In this document: piece after piece, positions 19,396-30,270 of the stretch
Layout: every line of letters starts with the position of its first letter
How positions within the stretch are numbered: the first letter of the stretch is position 1
Assembly: GCA_964632485.1 (NCBI GenBank)
Contig: CAZWDO010000025.1
Coordinates: 1 to 51,033, forward strand
Origin: an uncultured bacterium
GTDB taxonomy: Bacteria > JAGOEH01
Direction: 5' to 3'
DNA length: 51,033 bases
Translations under genes and position numbers: made by a program
The notes under the pieces: model-generated
What the model was told of the DNA's origin: nothing
Seen by the model: only the letters and a program-made list of their open reading frames with translations
Databases searched by the model: none

Positions 19396-20025
19396 TTGCC
19401 AACCAGTTTTCCCAATCAAATTTCAACTATTATTGGTATTATTTTGCGTATGAACCCAGCTTCCATGCTTGATATTGGCCCCGGTTTCGGTAAATATGGA
19501 TTTTTATCCCGTGAATACTTGGAAAGTTGGTTTGGGTCCAACAAATTATATCAATTCACGCATAGGATTGATGCTGTTGAGTTCTGTGAAGATTATATTT
19601 CACCTGTCCATCGATTTATATATGATAATATTTATATTGGAAATGTAGAAACAGAATTGATGAAACTACCCGCCCATTATGAATTGTCATTATTAATTGA
19701 TGTGATTGAACATTTTTCCCTTGAGGAAGGAAAAAAAATTATTGCTCGAATTTTGACTAAAGCCGATAGCGTAATCATTTCAACACCGAAACATTTTATA
19801 CCTCAAACTGCAATTTACGGCAATGAGAAGGAAACACATCTTTCACTGTGGAAAAAGAGAGATTTTCGTGAATTTGGACGGGGACTATTTTTTTATGACG
19901 ATGAGAACATTATCTGGTATTATGGAAAACAGATTGAAAAAGTGAAGCCCTTTTGCTCTCACCAGTGGTTAAAACATTATTTTCCAATATCTTATCAATT
20001 GTATAAATGGTTGAGTATTAAATGA
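19396..20025 (+). CDS. Class I SAM methyltransferase
   Basis: SD AGAAAGGG then TTG; LDIGPGFGKYG, IDAVE, DVIEHF, ISTP. Confidence 0.82.
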   Translation: MPTSFPNQISTIIGIILRMNPASMLDIGPGFGKYGFLSREYLESWFGSNKLYQFTHRIDAVEFCEDYISPVHRFIYDNIYIGNVETELMKLPAHYELSLLIDVIEHFSLEEGKKIIARILTKADSVIISTPKHFIPQTAIYGNEKETHLSLWKKRDFREFGRGLFFYDDENIIWYYGKQIEKVKPFCSHQWLKHYFPISYQLYKWLSIK

Positions 20026-20047
20026 ATATTTTTTTAGTGGATTAATT

Positions 20048-21490
20048 TTAATCCCAGTTCCATTCCCCATGCTTCAAATAATGAAATAATTTTTGAATAA
20101 TTGCTCGGTGGATTGTGAAAAAATAGACAATTACGATGATATTTCCAATGAGTAATCGCGTTATAAAACCCCAGAAGGATGCATATGGGAAGTGTAAATA
20201 TGCCCCATATAAAAATATAAGAATGAGTAAGCAAGACGTTAATATTGGTTCCAGTATCCGTAAGGAAATGGCGGAAGAGTTCAGCAGTATCATTAATCCT
20301 AACAGCAGCGCAACGCTTTGCGCGATAGCCACACCCCAGAAATTGAAAAAAATAAACCCGACGGTAATTGCAATAATTTCAATTATTCCATAGATTACAA
20401 AGACTCGATTGACTTTTGAATATTTTTCGGTTACAATCATGTAATTCTGCAACAAGTCTAGAGCAGGTTTACCAAACGGGATAAAAATTAATGAAAGGGA
20501 GATGGGAAATATGAGACTCCATTTTTCTCCCCAATAATACTGAATCAGCCAATGAATAAAACTGAGAAAATTCAGCGTGAAAAAACTGATAAAAAAAATA
20601 CAGGCGCAAATCAGTATTTCGATTATCTGATGAATTCTATTTGCATCATCTTTATGTTTCAACAGCAACGGATAATTATTTGCAAGGAAATTGTTGGAAA
20701 AAAACTCTACCGGCAAGCGGACAAATTGAAAAGCGCGGCTATAGACGCCAAGAACCGCTTGCGAAATTCCGTAGCCAATGAATATATCGTCGATACGGGT
20801 TGAGATATTCATTACCATATTATTAGGAAATAGTCGAATTCCCCGGGTAATGTACCATTTTAGTATTGATCGGTCGGGACTAATTTCGAATAAATTATAG
20901 TTTTTCCATAAGAAATAGGCGAAAGTCAATATGGCCGCGATTAAATATTTGGAAACCAAAGCAGTGAGCTGCCAACCAAACCAGGCTAAAGTTAACGCAG
21001 TCAAATTTGCAACTATATTAAAACATAGGCTTATTTGCTCATAACGATAGCGCTGCCATTTTTTAGTCGCTTCGAGGATGAAGACTGTTGTGATCCCAAC
21101 GATCCCTTTATTAATAATGAATAGAAAAAAGGTGAAAATAAATTTTTTATCAAATAGTAATTCATGATAGAATATCCCCAGAATGACCAAGCTAATAATC
21201 CCAGCCAGTAATGCATTAAAAACTCGCAATAATCCATAGTTGAATAGTTCTTTTCCGGTATTTTTTGAGTTACGATTGTAATACAATTGGTCAAAGCGGA
21301 ACCCATCCAGCAATGCTGAAAGCTCTATGGTGCTAATAATCAGAGTGATTAATCCGAATTTGTCAGGGAAGATGAGTTTTATGAGGAATAGACCGAATAT
21401 ATAATTTGTTACAAATATGATGGTTGAAATTATAGTCATTCTGATATTACTGTGAGTGATTTCGTTTTTTTTAAAATTTAATAAACCCAT
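20048..21490 (-). CDS. Wzx/MOP oligosaccharide flippase
   Basis: Highly hydrophobic; PDKFG, RIDDIFIG, LGVYSRAF, GEKW motifs of Wzx-type flippases. Confidence 0.8.
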   Translation of the reverse strand: MGLLNFKKNEITHSNIRMTIISTIIFVTNYIFGLFLIKLIFPDKFGLITLIISTIELSALLDGFRFDQLYYNRNSKNTGKELFNYGLLRVFNALLAGIISLVILGIFYHELLFDKKFIFTFFLFIINKGIVGITTVFILEATKKWQRYRYEQISLCFNIVANLTALTLAWFGWQLTALVSKYLIAAILTFAYFLWKNYNLFEISPDRSILKWYITRGIRLFPNNMVMNISTRIDDIFIGYGISQAVLGVYSRAFQFVRLPVEFFSNNFLANNYPLLLKHKDDANRIHQIIEILICACIFFISFFTLNFLSFIHWLIQYYWGEKWSLIFPISLSLIFIPFGKPALDLLQNYMIVTEKYSKVNRVFVIYGIIEIIAITVGFIFFNFWGVAIAQSVALLLGLMILLNSSAISLRILEPILTSCLLILIFLYGAYLHFPYASFWGFITRLLIGNIIVIVYFFTIHRAIIQKLFHYLKHGEWNWD

Positions 21491-21606
21491 AAAAGTGTTT
21501 TGTTCCTTTTTAAAATTAATTCAATTTAGTCTTTTTCTGTGATTTGTCAAGGTTTTTTTATTGAACTGAAATCACTATATTTAATGATATAATTAAGGAA
21601 ACGGAT

Positions 21607-22440
21607 ATGAAACAAAAAAAAATAGTGTATCGAAATTTAATAGAGGAGAATATATTAGAAAAATTGTTAGGTATATCCAATGGGCATAGCATAATTCATC
21701 ATGGGTCGTGGCGGGCGATCCGCCAGGCGCTGGGGGATGAACTGGACTTGGACGAGTGGTTCGGAGCTCTCGAGGAGCGGCTGGGGATGGATGGCTCGCT
21801 TGTCGTTCCCACCTTTACCTATTGCTTCAAGCGTTCGCAAGGCGATTACGAAATTTTCGATCCGGGGCGGTCGCAGGCCAAAATCGGCGCTCTGGCCGAC
21901 GCATTTTGGCGTCACCCGGAAGTGATCCGTACGGCGAGTCCCACTCATTCTTTCGCTATCTGGGGCGCCATTACCCGGGATATCAGCGCTGATAATTCCC
22001 CAACCAGCCCCCTGGGACGGGGAAGCGTACTGGATTGGCTGGCGTATCAGGAAAACAGTTATATTTTATTAGCTGGTGTTGACTTCTCTTCACTGAGTTT
22101 CGGCCATTACCTTGAGGTGCTTGCGTCGGTACCCTGGGTTGATTATTCGCCCTGGGAATATATGCATGTGCTCCCTATCGGGGCGTCTGTTCATGGGGAC
22201 CAACCACTGTGTGAAATTCCCGGATGCGCCAAAGGATTTCTGGAGTTGCAAAAAGAAATGGAACAGCAAGGATTGATCCAGCCGATATTAATTAATAGTG
22301 TAAATTTTTTTTATATCCCTATTAAATGCCTGCTTGATTTCGGAATACAATTTTTTCGCGAAAATGCGTTCCGTTTGTTATGTCCCGCAGAGACGTGCGT
22401 TCCCTGTGATGCCAGACGGCGTAAATTTTTGCCGGTTTAG
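21607..22440 (+). CDS. AAC(3)/YokD family N-acetyltransferase
   Basis: HGS, GSLVVPTFT, GALADAF, RTASPTHSFAIWG, LAGV, HYLE, PGCAKGF, C-terminal CPAETCVPC. Confidence 0.85.
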   Translation: MKQKKIVYRNLIEENILEKLLGISNGHSIIHHGSWRAIRQALGDELDLDEWFGALEERLGMDGSLVVPTFTYCFKRSQGDYEIFDPGRSQAKIGALADAFWRHPEVIRTASPTHSFAIWGAITRDISADNSPTSPLGRGSVLDWLAYQENSYILLAGVDFSSLSFGHYLEVLASVPWVDYSPWEYMHVLPIGASVHGDQPLCEIPGCAKGFLELQKEMEQQGLIQPILINSVNFFYIPIKCLLDFGIQFFRENAFRLLCPAETCVPCDARRRKFLPV

Positions 22441-22632
22441 ACCGCTTAATAGGCTGAGTCGGTTATTTACATTATTATTAGCGATTGAAAAAATTCGATA
22501 GTGTGTAAATTTGAGCATTCTATTTCCTTAATAGAAAGGGAACTTTAAATGAAAATTTTCTTTGACAAAATATGGAAAACAGTTATCGAACTGAACATAC
22601 CTCACTTTTTTGTTTATTTTTTTATTATCAAC

Positions 22633-22660
22633 TTGACAACACTGATAAAATGATTATATT
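22633..22660 (+). promoter_or_regulatory. Putative sigma70 promoter of chemoreceptor gene
   Basis: TTGACA (22633-38), 16 nt, TATATT (22655-60); SD AAGGAGG before ATG 22716. Confidence 0.55.
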
Positions 22661-22715
22661 TGTTTGTATGAATTCTAAACATTGTAAAGATTAAACACAG
22701 ATCAAGGAGGCCTTT

Positions 22716-24452
22716 ATGCAGTGGTTTAATAATCGTAGTATCCGTACAAAAATAATGTTGAATCTGGTACTGGTGATTATTTTTGCGATCATTGTGGGTG
22801 TGATGGGGTTTGTGAATATACGGACAATCGTTAGCAATGATGAGGAACTATACCAGAATATCACAATTCCATTGGCTCAACTGGGACAAATCGCTGAAAC
22901 GTTCAATCGGTTGCGGGTGAACGTTCATAAAATTCTACTCGTTTCCGATGCAGAACTCCCAGGCTTACAGCAGAATATCAAGCAATTAATTGATGAACAG
23001 GATTCGTTAGCCCGGAAGTTTGAAACAACTATTTTGAGTGATGAATTGATGACCCTGTTCAAAAATTATATAGATCAGCAGGAGATGTATGATAAATTTT
23101 CAGATAGCTTGATAAAATTAAGTCTAAACAGTCGTAGGGATGAGGCGCTAAAGATCGTCAATGGCGTCGGCACTGAGCTGGGGTTGAAAGTCAATCATTC
23201 AATTGATGCTCTCAATGAGATGAAACTAAACCATGGGGAAGTGCGCTTTAATGAAAACGTCAGCGCTGGAAATTCTGCGTTGTGGCAAATGGCGGGCATT
23301 TTGCTGTTTGGCGGCATCATCGCGTTATTGTTGGGAATGTTTAGTTCCAACAAAATCAGCCAGCCCATCATCTATTTAGAAAAGACCCTAATAGAGGTTT
23401 TTAAAATGGGTAAGGTTGATTTAACTAAAGAGATCAAGGTGTTCTATCATGATGAAGTGGGCAAACTCACCAGCAATTTAAGCGATTTCTTCAGCAGTCT
23501 GCGTCAGGATATAGCGCAGATATATAATTCGTCGGGCGAATTTTCAAATGCCAGTAGTCAGATTAGCGCTGGCGCGCAATCCAGTTCTCAAACGGCGCAG
23601 GAACAAGCCAGTGCTGTTGAAGAGATTTCGGCGTCCATCCAGGAGATGTCCACTCGAGTGAAAGAGAGCGCGGATGGTATCGGCGATGTGGATGTGGAGC
23701 TGCGGCGTACCCAGGAGATTTCCGGTAAAGGAATGGAAGTGGTGACGAGTACGCGTGAATCCATGAGTAAGATTAATGAGAGCAACTCCGCAGTGGCTGA
23801 GATTGTCAATATGGTGAATGAAATTGCCTTTCAAACGAATTTGTTGGCTTTAAACGCCGCAGTGGAAGCCGCTCGCGCCGGTGATGCCGGCAAGGGTTTC
23901 GCTGTTGTGGCCAGTGAAGTTCGTTCTTTAGCCCAGCGTTCTGCCGAATCGGCCAATCGCATCAAGGAGCTGATCGGTGAAAGTACGGAACGCATCAAAA
24001 ACGGTAATGAACTGGTTAAAAGCACTACCGATATTTTTGAGCAAATTAAACGTTCGATCAATGACATGGGAACCCGCCTCAGTTCCGTAAAGGAAAATGT
24101 GGTTAATAATGCGTCGCTGATGCGGGAAATTACGGCATCGGTGGATAATATTAATGATGCCGTGCAACAAAATGCCAGCCAGGCTGAAGAGCTGGCGTCC
24201 ACCAGTGAGGAGATGACCTCACAGGCGCAGCAGTTGCTTGAAATCGTTAATAAGTTTGTAGTGGATGAAAAATCAGCCCACTCCCAGTCGATTCGAAAAA
24301 ATTCCAGCCCGGCCGCTACTCAACGGAAAAATAAGCCGGCATTTCAAAAAACTGGGTCATATACCAATAAACCACCGAAAACCGGGCTTCAACTGAAAAA
24401 ACCGGCGGTCAAAGACGATTTTTTCGATGGTGATGAATTCGAAGAGTTTTAA
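22716..24452 (+). CDS. Methyl-accepting chemotaxis protein (helical periplasmic sensor, HAMP, signalling domain)
   Basis: TM-sensor-TM-HAMP (DEVG); [35 protein letters not shown]-terminal EFEEF pentapeptide. Confidence 0.97.
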   Translation: MQWFNNRSIRTKIMLNLVLVIIFAIIVGVMGFVNIRTIVSNDEELYQNITIPLAQLGQIAETFNRLRVNVHKILLVSDAELPGLQQNIKQLIDEQDSLARKFETTILSDELMTLFKNYIDQQEMYDKFSDSLIKLSLNSRRDEALKIVNGVGTELGLKVNHSIDALNEMKLNHGEVRFNENVSAGNSALWQMAGILLFGGIIALLLGMFSSNKISQPIIYLEKTLIEVFKMGKVDLTKEIKVFYHDEVGKLTSNLSDFFSSLRQDIAQIYNSSGEFSNASSQISAGAQSSSQTAQEQASAVEEISASIQEMSTRVKESADGIGDVDVELRRTQEISGKGMEVVTSTRESMSKINESNSAVAEIVNMVNEIAFQTNLLALNAAVEAARAGDAGKGFAVVASEVRSLAQRSAESANRIKELIGESTERIKNGNELVKSTTDIFEQIKRSINDMGTRLSSVKENVVNNASLMREITASVDNINDAVQQNASQAEELASTSEEMTSQAQQLLEIVNKFVVDEKSAHSQSIRKNSSPAATQRKNKPAFQKTGSYTNKPPKTGLQLKKPAVKDDFFDGDEFEEF

Positions 24453-24736
24453 TGATGAAGGATGAAGCTATGAAGGTTTGATTTATATTGTCCGCATTTT
24501 TTAACAGGCGCATGAGAGGATAACAGGGCGACTGACTGGTCATCGTTCCGGATTCCTGCGGTTGCGGTATTCTTTTTGGTTTGGGTTAACCAGGTTGCAT
24601 GCGGATTTCAGAGTGTGAAAGCGCGTTCGACCGGTAATCAGCAAGCTCCGGAATGCCGTTAGTGTGGATTAAAGAATGTTAAGGAAAAAAATTAATCAAC
24701 TTTTTCCGGCTTTTTATGAATCTAAAAAAAAAAATA

Positions 24737-24765
24737 TTGACAAACCGGGAAAAATGTTATATACT
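24737..24765 (+). promoter_or_regulatory. Near-consensus sigma70 promoter
   Basis: TTGACA (24737-42), 17 nt, TATACT (24760-65); A-tract upstream. Confidence 0.75.
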
Positions 24766-24973
24766 TTCTTAAAAAGCGGTAAAGAAGACGGACACACCTT
24801 GACGAAAGGCTTAAACGATTAGAAAAACCAACATAGAGTCCGGATTAGCCAAGCTGGCGTCCGGCGGGGAGACACAGGAAAGGAGAGGCGTATCGGAATG
24901 AATGATTGCTGCATCTTAAAATGTGATTTATGCACGTATCAGAAAATTTAACCAACCCTAAGGAGGGTCGCGC

Positions 24974-27900
24974 ATGAAAAAATGGTTAATGTATTTAGTT
25001 TTAGTTGTTTTAATGTTTCCTTTATTAAGTTATGGTATTGCAGTACAAACAGCTTCGTTGAAATGGTCATCCGTCGCGGGAGGTCCAGCCTGGCTTGCCG
25101 CTGCTGATAATAATTCCAGAGGAATGGCTTATAGCTCGGCCACAGACCATGTTATAGTTGTTTCTCGAACGGGTGGCAACAATATTTATGTTCTGAATGC
25201 AAACGATGGTTCCCAGCTTGGTACCTTAAATACCGCGGGAGTTGTATGGGAAGGAACCGCTTGTAATCAGGTGGCAGTAGGCAGTGGTGGTGAAATTTTT
25301 GTCTGTAATGGACGCGGGGGCGGTTTCGGCGCTGGAAATTTGAAAATCTATAAATGGGCAGATGAAAACGCTGTACCGACTCTATTGGCATCAATTCCAC
25401 TTACCGCGGCTGGCACTGATCGCGCGGGTGATGCTATGACAATTGATGGCAATACATTAGTTATCGGCGGGAGTGGCCGGACAAATTTATTGATGGTAGA
25501 TGGCAGCTCAGGTTCTTCATCGATTTTAAATACCGGATTCGCCGCAAATGGAAGTATTTGCCCAATCGGTTCCGGATATTGGCTCAGTCAGGGAGCTACT
25601 AAGAAATTTTTTACTTCTGCCCCGGCCGAGGTTTATAATATGACGGGCGCTCAAATTTCTTCCTATTATGATCTCGGCGCTTTTGTTGCCGGAAGTCGTA
25701 CCTACTTTTTAGTATGTTCAAATAATACTATTAATGAACGTGGCCTATTAAAAATATGGTACACGACGCAAACCGCTTCATCGGCAATGATGAATATTCA
25801 GGATGGATTTGAGAAATCGGATATTAACTCGATGGCTTCAAGTGTGCTCACGCCGACACTCTATTACACACCTCGTAATTTAGCCAATAATGCCAATGCG
25901 AATGCGACTGGCGCCCTGGCCTGGCGCGATAATGGCGATGGCACTTATACTATTTTCATGTTAGCGACAAATAACGTGATCGCCGCTTATGATATGTATT
26001 TGCATGCGGAAACCCCGACCTATACCTCAGCGCTGAGTTTTGGTCGCGTGATGGTGGGACAGAATGCTTCGCGCAATGTTACCATTACCAACCCGGGTCC
26101 CGGCGTCTTATATGTTGATGAAACTGGTTTTAACATTGCCACACATGCGAATCCTATAAACATTAACGAAAAAGATAATTCCGGGTCATTGTCAGCCCAG
26201 GCGAGTACGGTTTACGCTACGGATATGCCGGCTACCGCTTTTCAGCTTGAACCGGGCGAATCAAAAACGTATCAAATTACCTTCACGCCTACCGGCGAAC
26301 AAACATATACCGAATTTTTACGGCTGAATTATCATGATGCTGATTCTCCGGCATCCGCTGATCAAACGATTCAAATCAATCTCACCGGTGAATCCTTTTT
26401 GCCCAAGCCGCGTCCGGAAATTTCCGCTAATGCTCTGACATTTAAAAACACGGGTATGGGTTCATTCCGTCAAATGACTGTTACTATTTCCAATCCGGGC
26501 GAATTGGCGGCCGAATTGGAAAACATTACCTTTGAATCGGCAACCAACGCTGCTTATCAGAACGTTTTTTCCGTCGTCGGCTATCCTGCGGCAGCCGGTA
26601 AAAACGGATCCGTTCAAGCCCAGCTTTTTCAGACCATCGCCGCCGGCGGTTCTTTAGACGTGGTTGTCCAATTCTCTCCCGCTGCGATTCAGGACGGGCT
26701 ATCCGATATCGTCCATTTTAATTTTAACGCTCCGGCCGTTACGCCGACCTTGAATTTGACTTGTACCGGCAATTGCCGCGCTGCCTCTTATACGCGCGCA
26801 GTTTCGCCGGTTGAACTGAATTTTGGTAATGTGGCCGTGGCCAATAATTATGGCGTAGCCACCTCCAAGACTATGAGTTTTACGTATACCAACGCTGATA
26901 TCTCGACGATCGTCATCGCTTCGGCTGCGCTGCAGAGCGATCCATCCAAATTCTCGTATAGTTCCACTTCGATTAAACAACTTCAGGCCAATACGAATCT
27001 GGAAGAAGATGATGAGATTACGGTTAGCGTTACCTATAATCCGACTGTAGTCGGCGCGGATACTGATTATCTGGTAATCGTCGATAATACCGATAACGGC
27101 GCTGCCAGTACGCTTAACTACAAACTAACCGGAACGGCTTATACGCCGGCCCCGATCCCGGTATTTGGAACCGATGCGATTGATTATGGAGAAATCGCTT
27201 TAGGCGCTTCCATTTATCGTGAATTCACCATTCAGAATACGGGTACCGCTTACCTGCGCATAGTCAGCGCCGGCCTCCAAACCCGTAATTTTACGTCAAA
27301 TATTACCTCAAATCTGACCATCCAGGCCGGAGAGTCGTTCACCGTCAAAGTGACGTGTTCTCCGCTTGAAGAAGGCGCTTTAAGTGATATTCTTCGCATT
27401 GAAACTGCTGAAGGCGTTATCCATAACGTAGCGTTGAACGCCATTGGATTCAACCTCTGGCCCAATCAATGGCAAATCCTGGCCAATGATTTTGATTGGT
27501 TTACCCTACGTAATAACGTGCGCACCATTGCTTACCAACGCGCCGGCAATCATGTTCTGGTGGGCGTTAATGAAGTTCAGGGTTATCGCACGACCGGACG
27601 CATTATTGTTTTCGACGCTGAAACTGGCGATTATGTGAAGGAAATGAATACCGATAATATCGCCGGTACGAATTTACCGCAGGAAATGGCCATCAGCCAG
27701 ATCGATCTGAGCGATGACGGACAGATTTTTGTGTGTAACAAAACCAGTCGTCATAATCAGAGTAAATTCCGTATTTACCGTTATGCGGATGAAGACGCGG
27801 ATGCTGAATTGATGTTTGAGGGCACCCTCAATCAACTCGGGTCAACGCTTAATCAGCCCGTGATGGCGACGATCGGTGAAGTGATGGACGTTAGCGGCAG

Positions 27901-30038
27901 CGATGAGGATATTCAAATCGCGGTTAGCGGTCCTGAAAGTTTTAATATTTACATGTTTACCCCGGATGGTGACGATGCCTTTGATCGCGATCGTGATATC
28001 CGTTTTCCTTCCGCCGGCTGCGCCGGTAGCGGTTTAGTCCGCGTGGGCGAGTCTGATTACTATTTCATCAGTCGTAAACAGGATAAAGTGCGTTATATCC
28101 GTATTAATGCCGATAACTCGGTGGATACGCTTTATAGTTTTGTAATGCCGATCGGCGAGCCTCTGACTTATTTTGAAGTGGAAACTATCGGCGGGGAAAC
28201 CCACCGTTTTCTCACTGTGATGAAANNNNNNNNNNTATGCCCCGGGCGTTAATGTTATCGAACTGTTGGGCGATGAAGGTGAAGAGCTGTGCTCATCTTT
28301 TGAAATTCAACAAATTAATACACCGACCTACAGCCGCAACACCAACCGCCAGGCCTTAGGGGAAGTTATTTATGACAGCCGCGATAATTTCATGATTGAA
28401 TTGGCTGTAAATAATGGTATTTCCGCTTATAGCTTCGAACGTATTGTCAGCGATCCGGCCGGTGATCCTGAACCGGAACTGAATCTGACCTCTCTTGATT
28501 TCGGTGAAGTTATTGTTTTCGAAGCCGAAGACCTTCCAGTTATGTTGAATAACGCAAATGGCCGCGCGACTCTGGAAATTACATCGGTATCATTCGCTTC
28601 CGGCGATGAAACAGTTTTCTCCACGGATTTAGCTGCCGCTTCTACGATCCTGGCAGGTGATTCCATCGAATTTACTATGTCGTTTACTCCCGAAGCCGCG
28701 ATTGAATATGTGGATACCTTGCGAATTGTTACGAATGCCGGAACGCTGGAAATCGTGTTGATGGGTGAAGGCTATGAATATTGGCCTCTGGTATGGCGCA
28801 TCCCGTCCGATACCTCCTGGTTTGGTATTGAACATCAGGTTCGTACCATTGCTTATAGCGCGTCATCCGGGCATCTCTATACCGTCAGCCGTCGCGGCGG
28901 CCAGTGGTTGAAAGCCATCGATCCCGCCACCGGTGAAGTCGTTAAAGATTTAAATACCGATGGTACGATCGTTACCGGCGGAACCTATAATGTCAATATG
29001 TGCGCCGCTACCAGCGACGGCCAGATTTTCCTCGGTAATTTAGCATTAGCGAACGGCGCCTATAAACTTTACAAATATGCTGATGAAGACGCAGTGCCTG
29101 TAAAGGTTTTTGATGCCGCTTTTGCTGACCGCGTAGGTGATTGCCTTGGTGTCAGCGGTACCGGCAATGATGTCAACATTTACCTAACCGGTTCCGGCAC
29201 GTCAAAGATTTTTGTGCTGACAACAATCGACGGCGCGGTGTTTACCGTAACTGATACGATTCCCTTGCCGGATGTTAGCGCCGCCCAATTCTCCGTCAGT
29301 CCGGTCGGCGATGATGCTGAATATCTGTTTATTCAGGGCGCTAACAAAATAGTTCGTTATATTGGCCGGGATGGTACTGTTTATGATGAATGGGATTTCT
29401 TAGCAGATTCGCTACCAAATAAGGGAAATTCGGTTCATTATTTTGAGGTTCCTCAAAGCGGTGGCGCTGTTCGTCGGTTCTTTGCTTCCTTCGGCAGCCC
29501 GGGATTTTTCCCTGGAACTCGCGTTGTTGAGCTTTTTGGTGAACCAGGGGCGCAGGCTTGGGATTCCAGTCATGTTTATGTTACAACGACTCCCGTTTTT
29601 TCTCAAAATTCAAACGCTAACGGCACTGGTCAGTGTGTGTATGTCCCTGGCTTGAATTATTTGGTTGAAGTTAGCACCAATAACGGTATTTCAGCGTATG
29701 ATTTCAGCAATATCGCTGAAGATGCCGGTCTGGCCCTCAATAGAAATAATTCATTTGATGCCCAAACGTTGAATAAAGATTTTACGTTGGAACAAAACTA
29801 TCCGAACCCCTTCAATCCGACGACTGATATCCGCTTCACCTTGCCGGAAGCCGGTTTTGTCCGTCTGAGTGTGTTCAATATGCTGGGTCAGGAAGTGGCT
29901 GTTCTTCAGAATGCTCAGATGAGCGCGGGTGTTCATACGATTAAATTCGATGGCGCCACGCTGGGAAATGGTATCTATTTTTATCGTCTCAATGCCAATG
30001 GCAATCAGATGACTAAAAAAATGATGCTGATGAAATAA
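24974..30038 (+). CDS. Large secreted protein (~1690 aa): three DUF4623-like putative beta-propeller repeats, five ASH/choice-of-anchor-D-like Ig domains, T9SS type A-like C-terminal domain; split into two ORFs only by the N gap
   Basis: Signal peptide MKKWLMYL...; after the gap the frame YAPGVNVIELLGDEG continues into ORF 28266-30038 and aligns with FFPGTRVVELFGEPG in repeat 3; FTLEQNYPNPFNP...TKKMMLMK tail. Confidence 0.82.
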
Positions 30039-30062
30039 TAATTTCTTTTTCTGATTGATACC

Positions 30063-30099
30063 AACGGGCAGTCCTGTAAAGGCTGCCCGTTTTTTTTTT
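30063..30099 (+). terminator. Rho-independent terminator
   Basis: ACGGGCAG-T-CCT-GTAA-AGG-CTGCCCGT followed by a long T tract. Confidence 0.9.
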
Positions 30100-30122
30100 G
30101 CCCTTCCCAGAGTAAAATTTAC

Positions 30123-30151
30123 TTGACTTTTTAGGTTGAATTCTCTATTAT
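30123..30151 (+). promoter_or_regulatory. Putative sigma70 promoter
   Basis: TTGACT, 17 nt, TATTAT. Confidence 0.6.
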
Positions 30152-30270
30152 AGAGGTGTTCAAATTTGTGATTTTCGCCCGTTGAGATCGGCAAATTTTC
30201 TGCGCTGAGGGTTTATTTCTCCGCGTTTTATCAAATGGACTTATAAAGTGACGATATTACCGAGGGAGGT

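Noticed and set aside
21607-22440. Clinical aminoglycoside resistance gene
   Set aside because: Family membership only; no integron or transposon context and substrate unknown
28226-28266. Frameshift or two separate genes (1092 aa and 590 aa)
   Set aside because: The break coincides with a 10-N placeholder and the downstream frame continues repeat 2; assembly artefact
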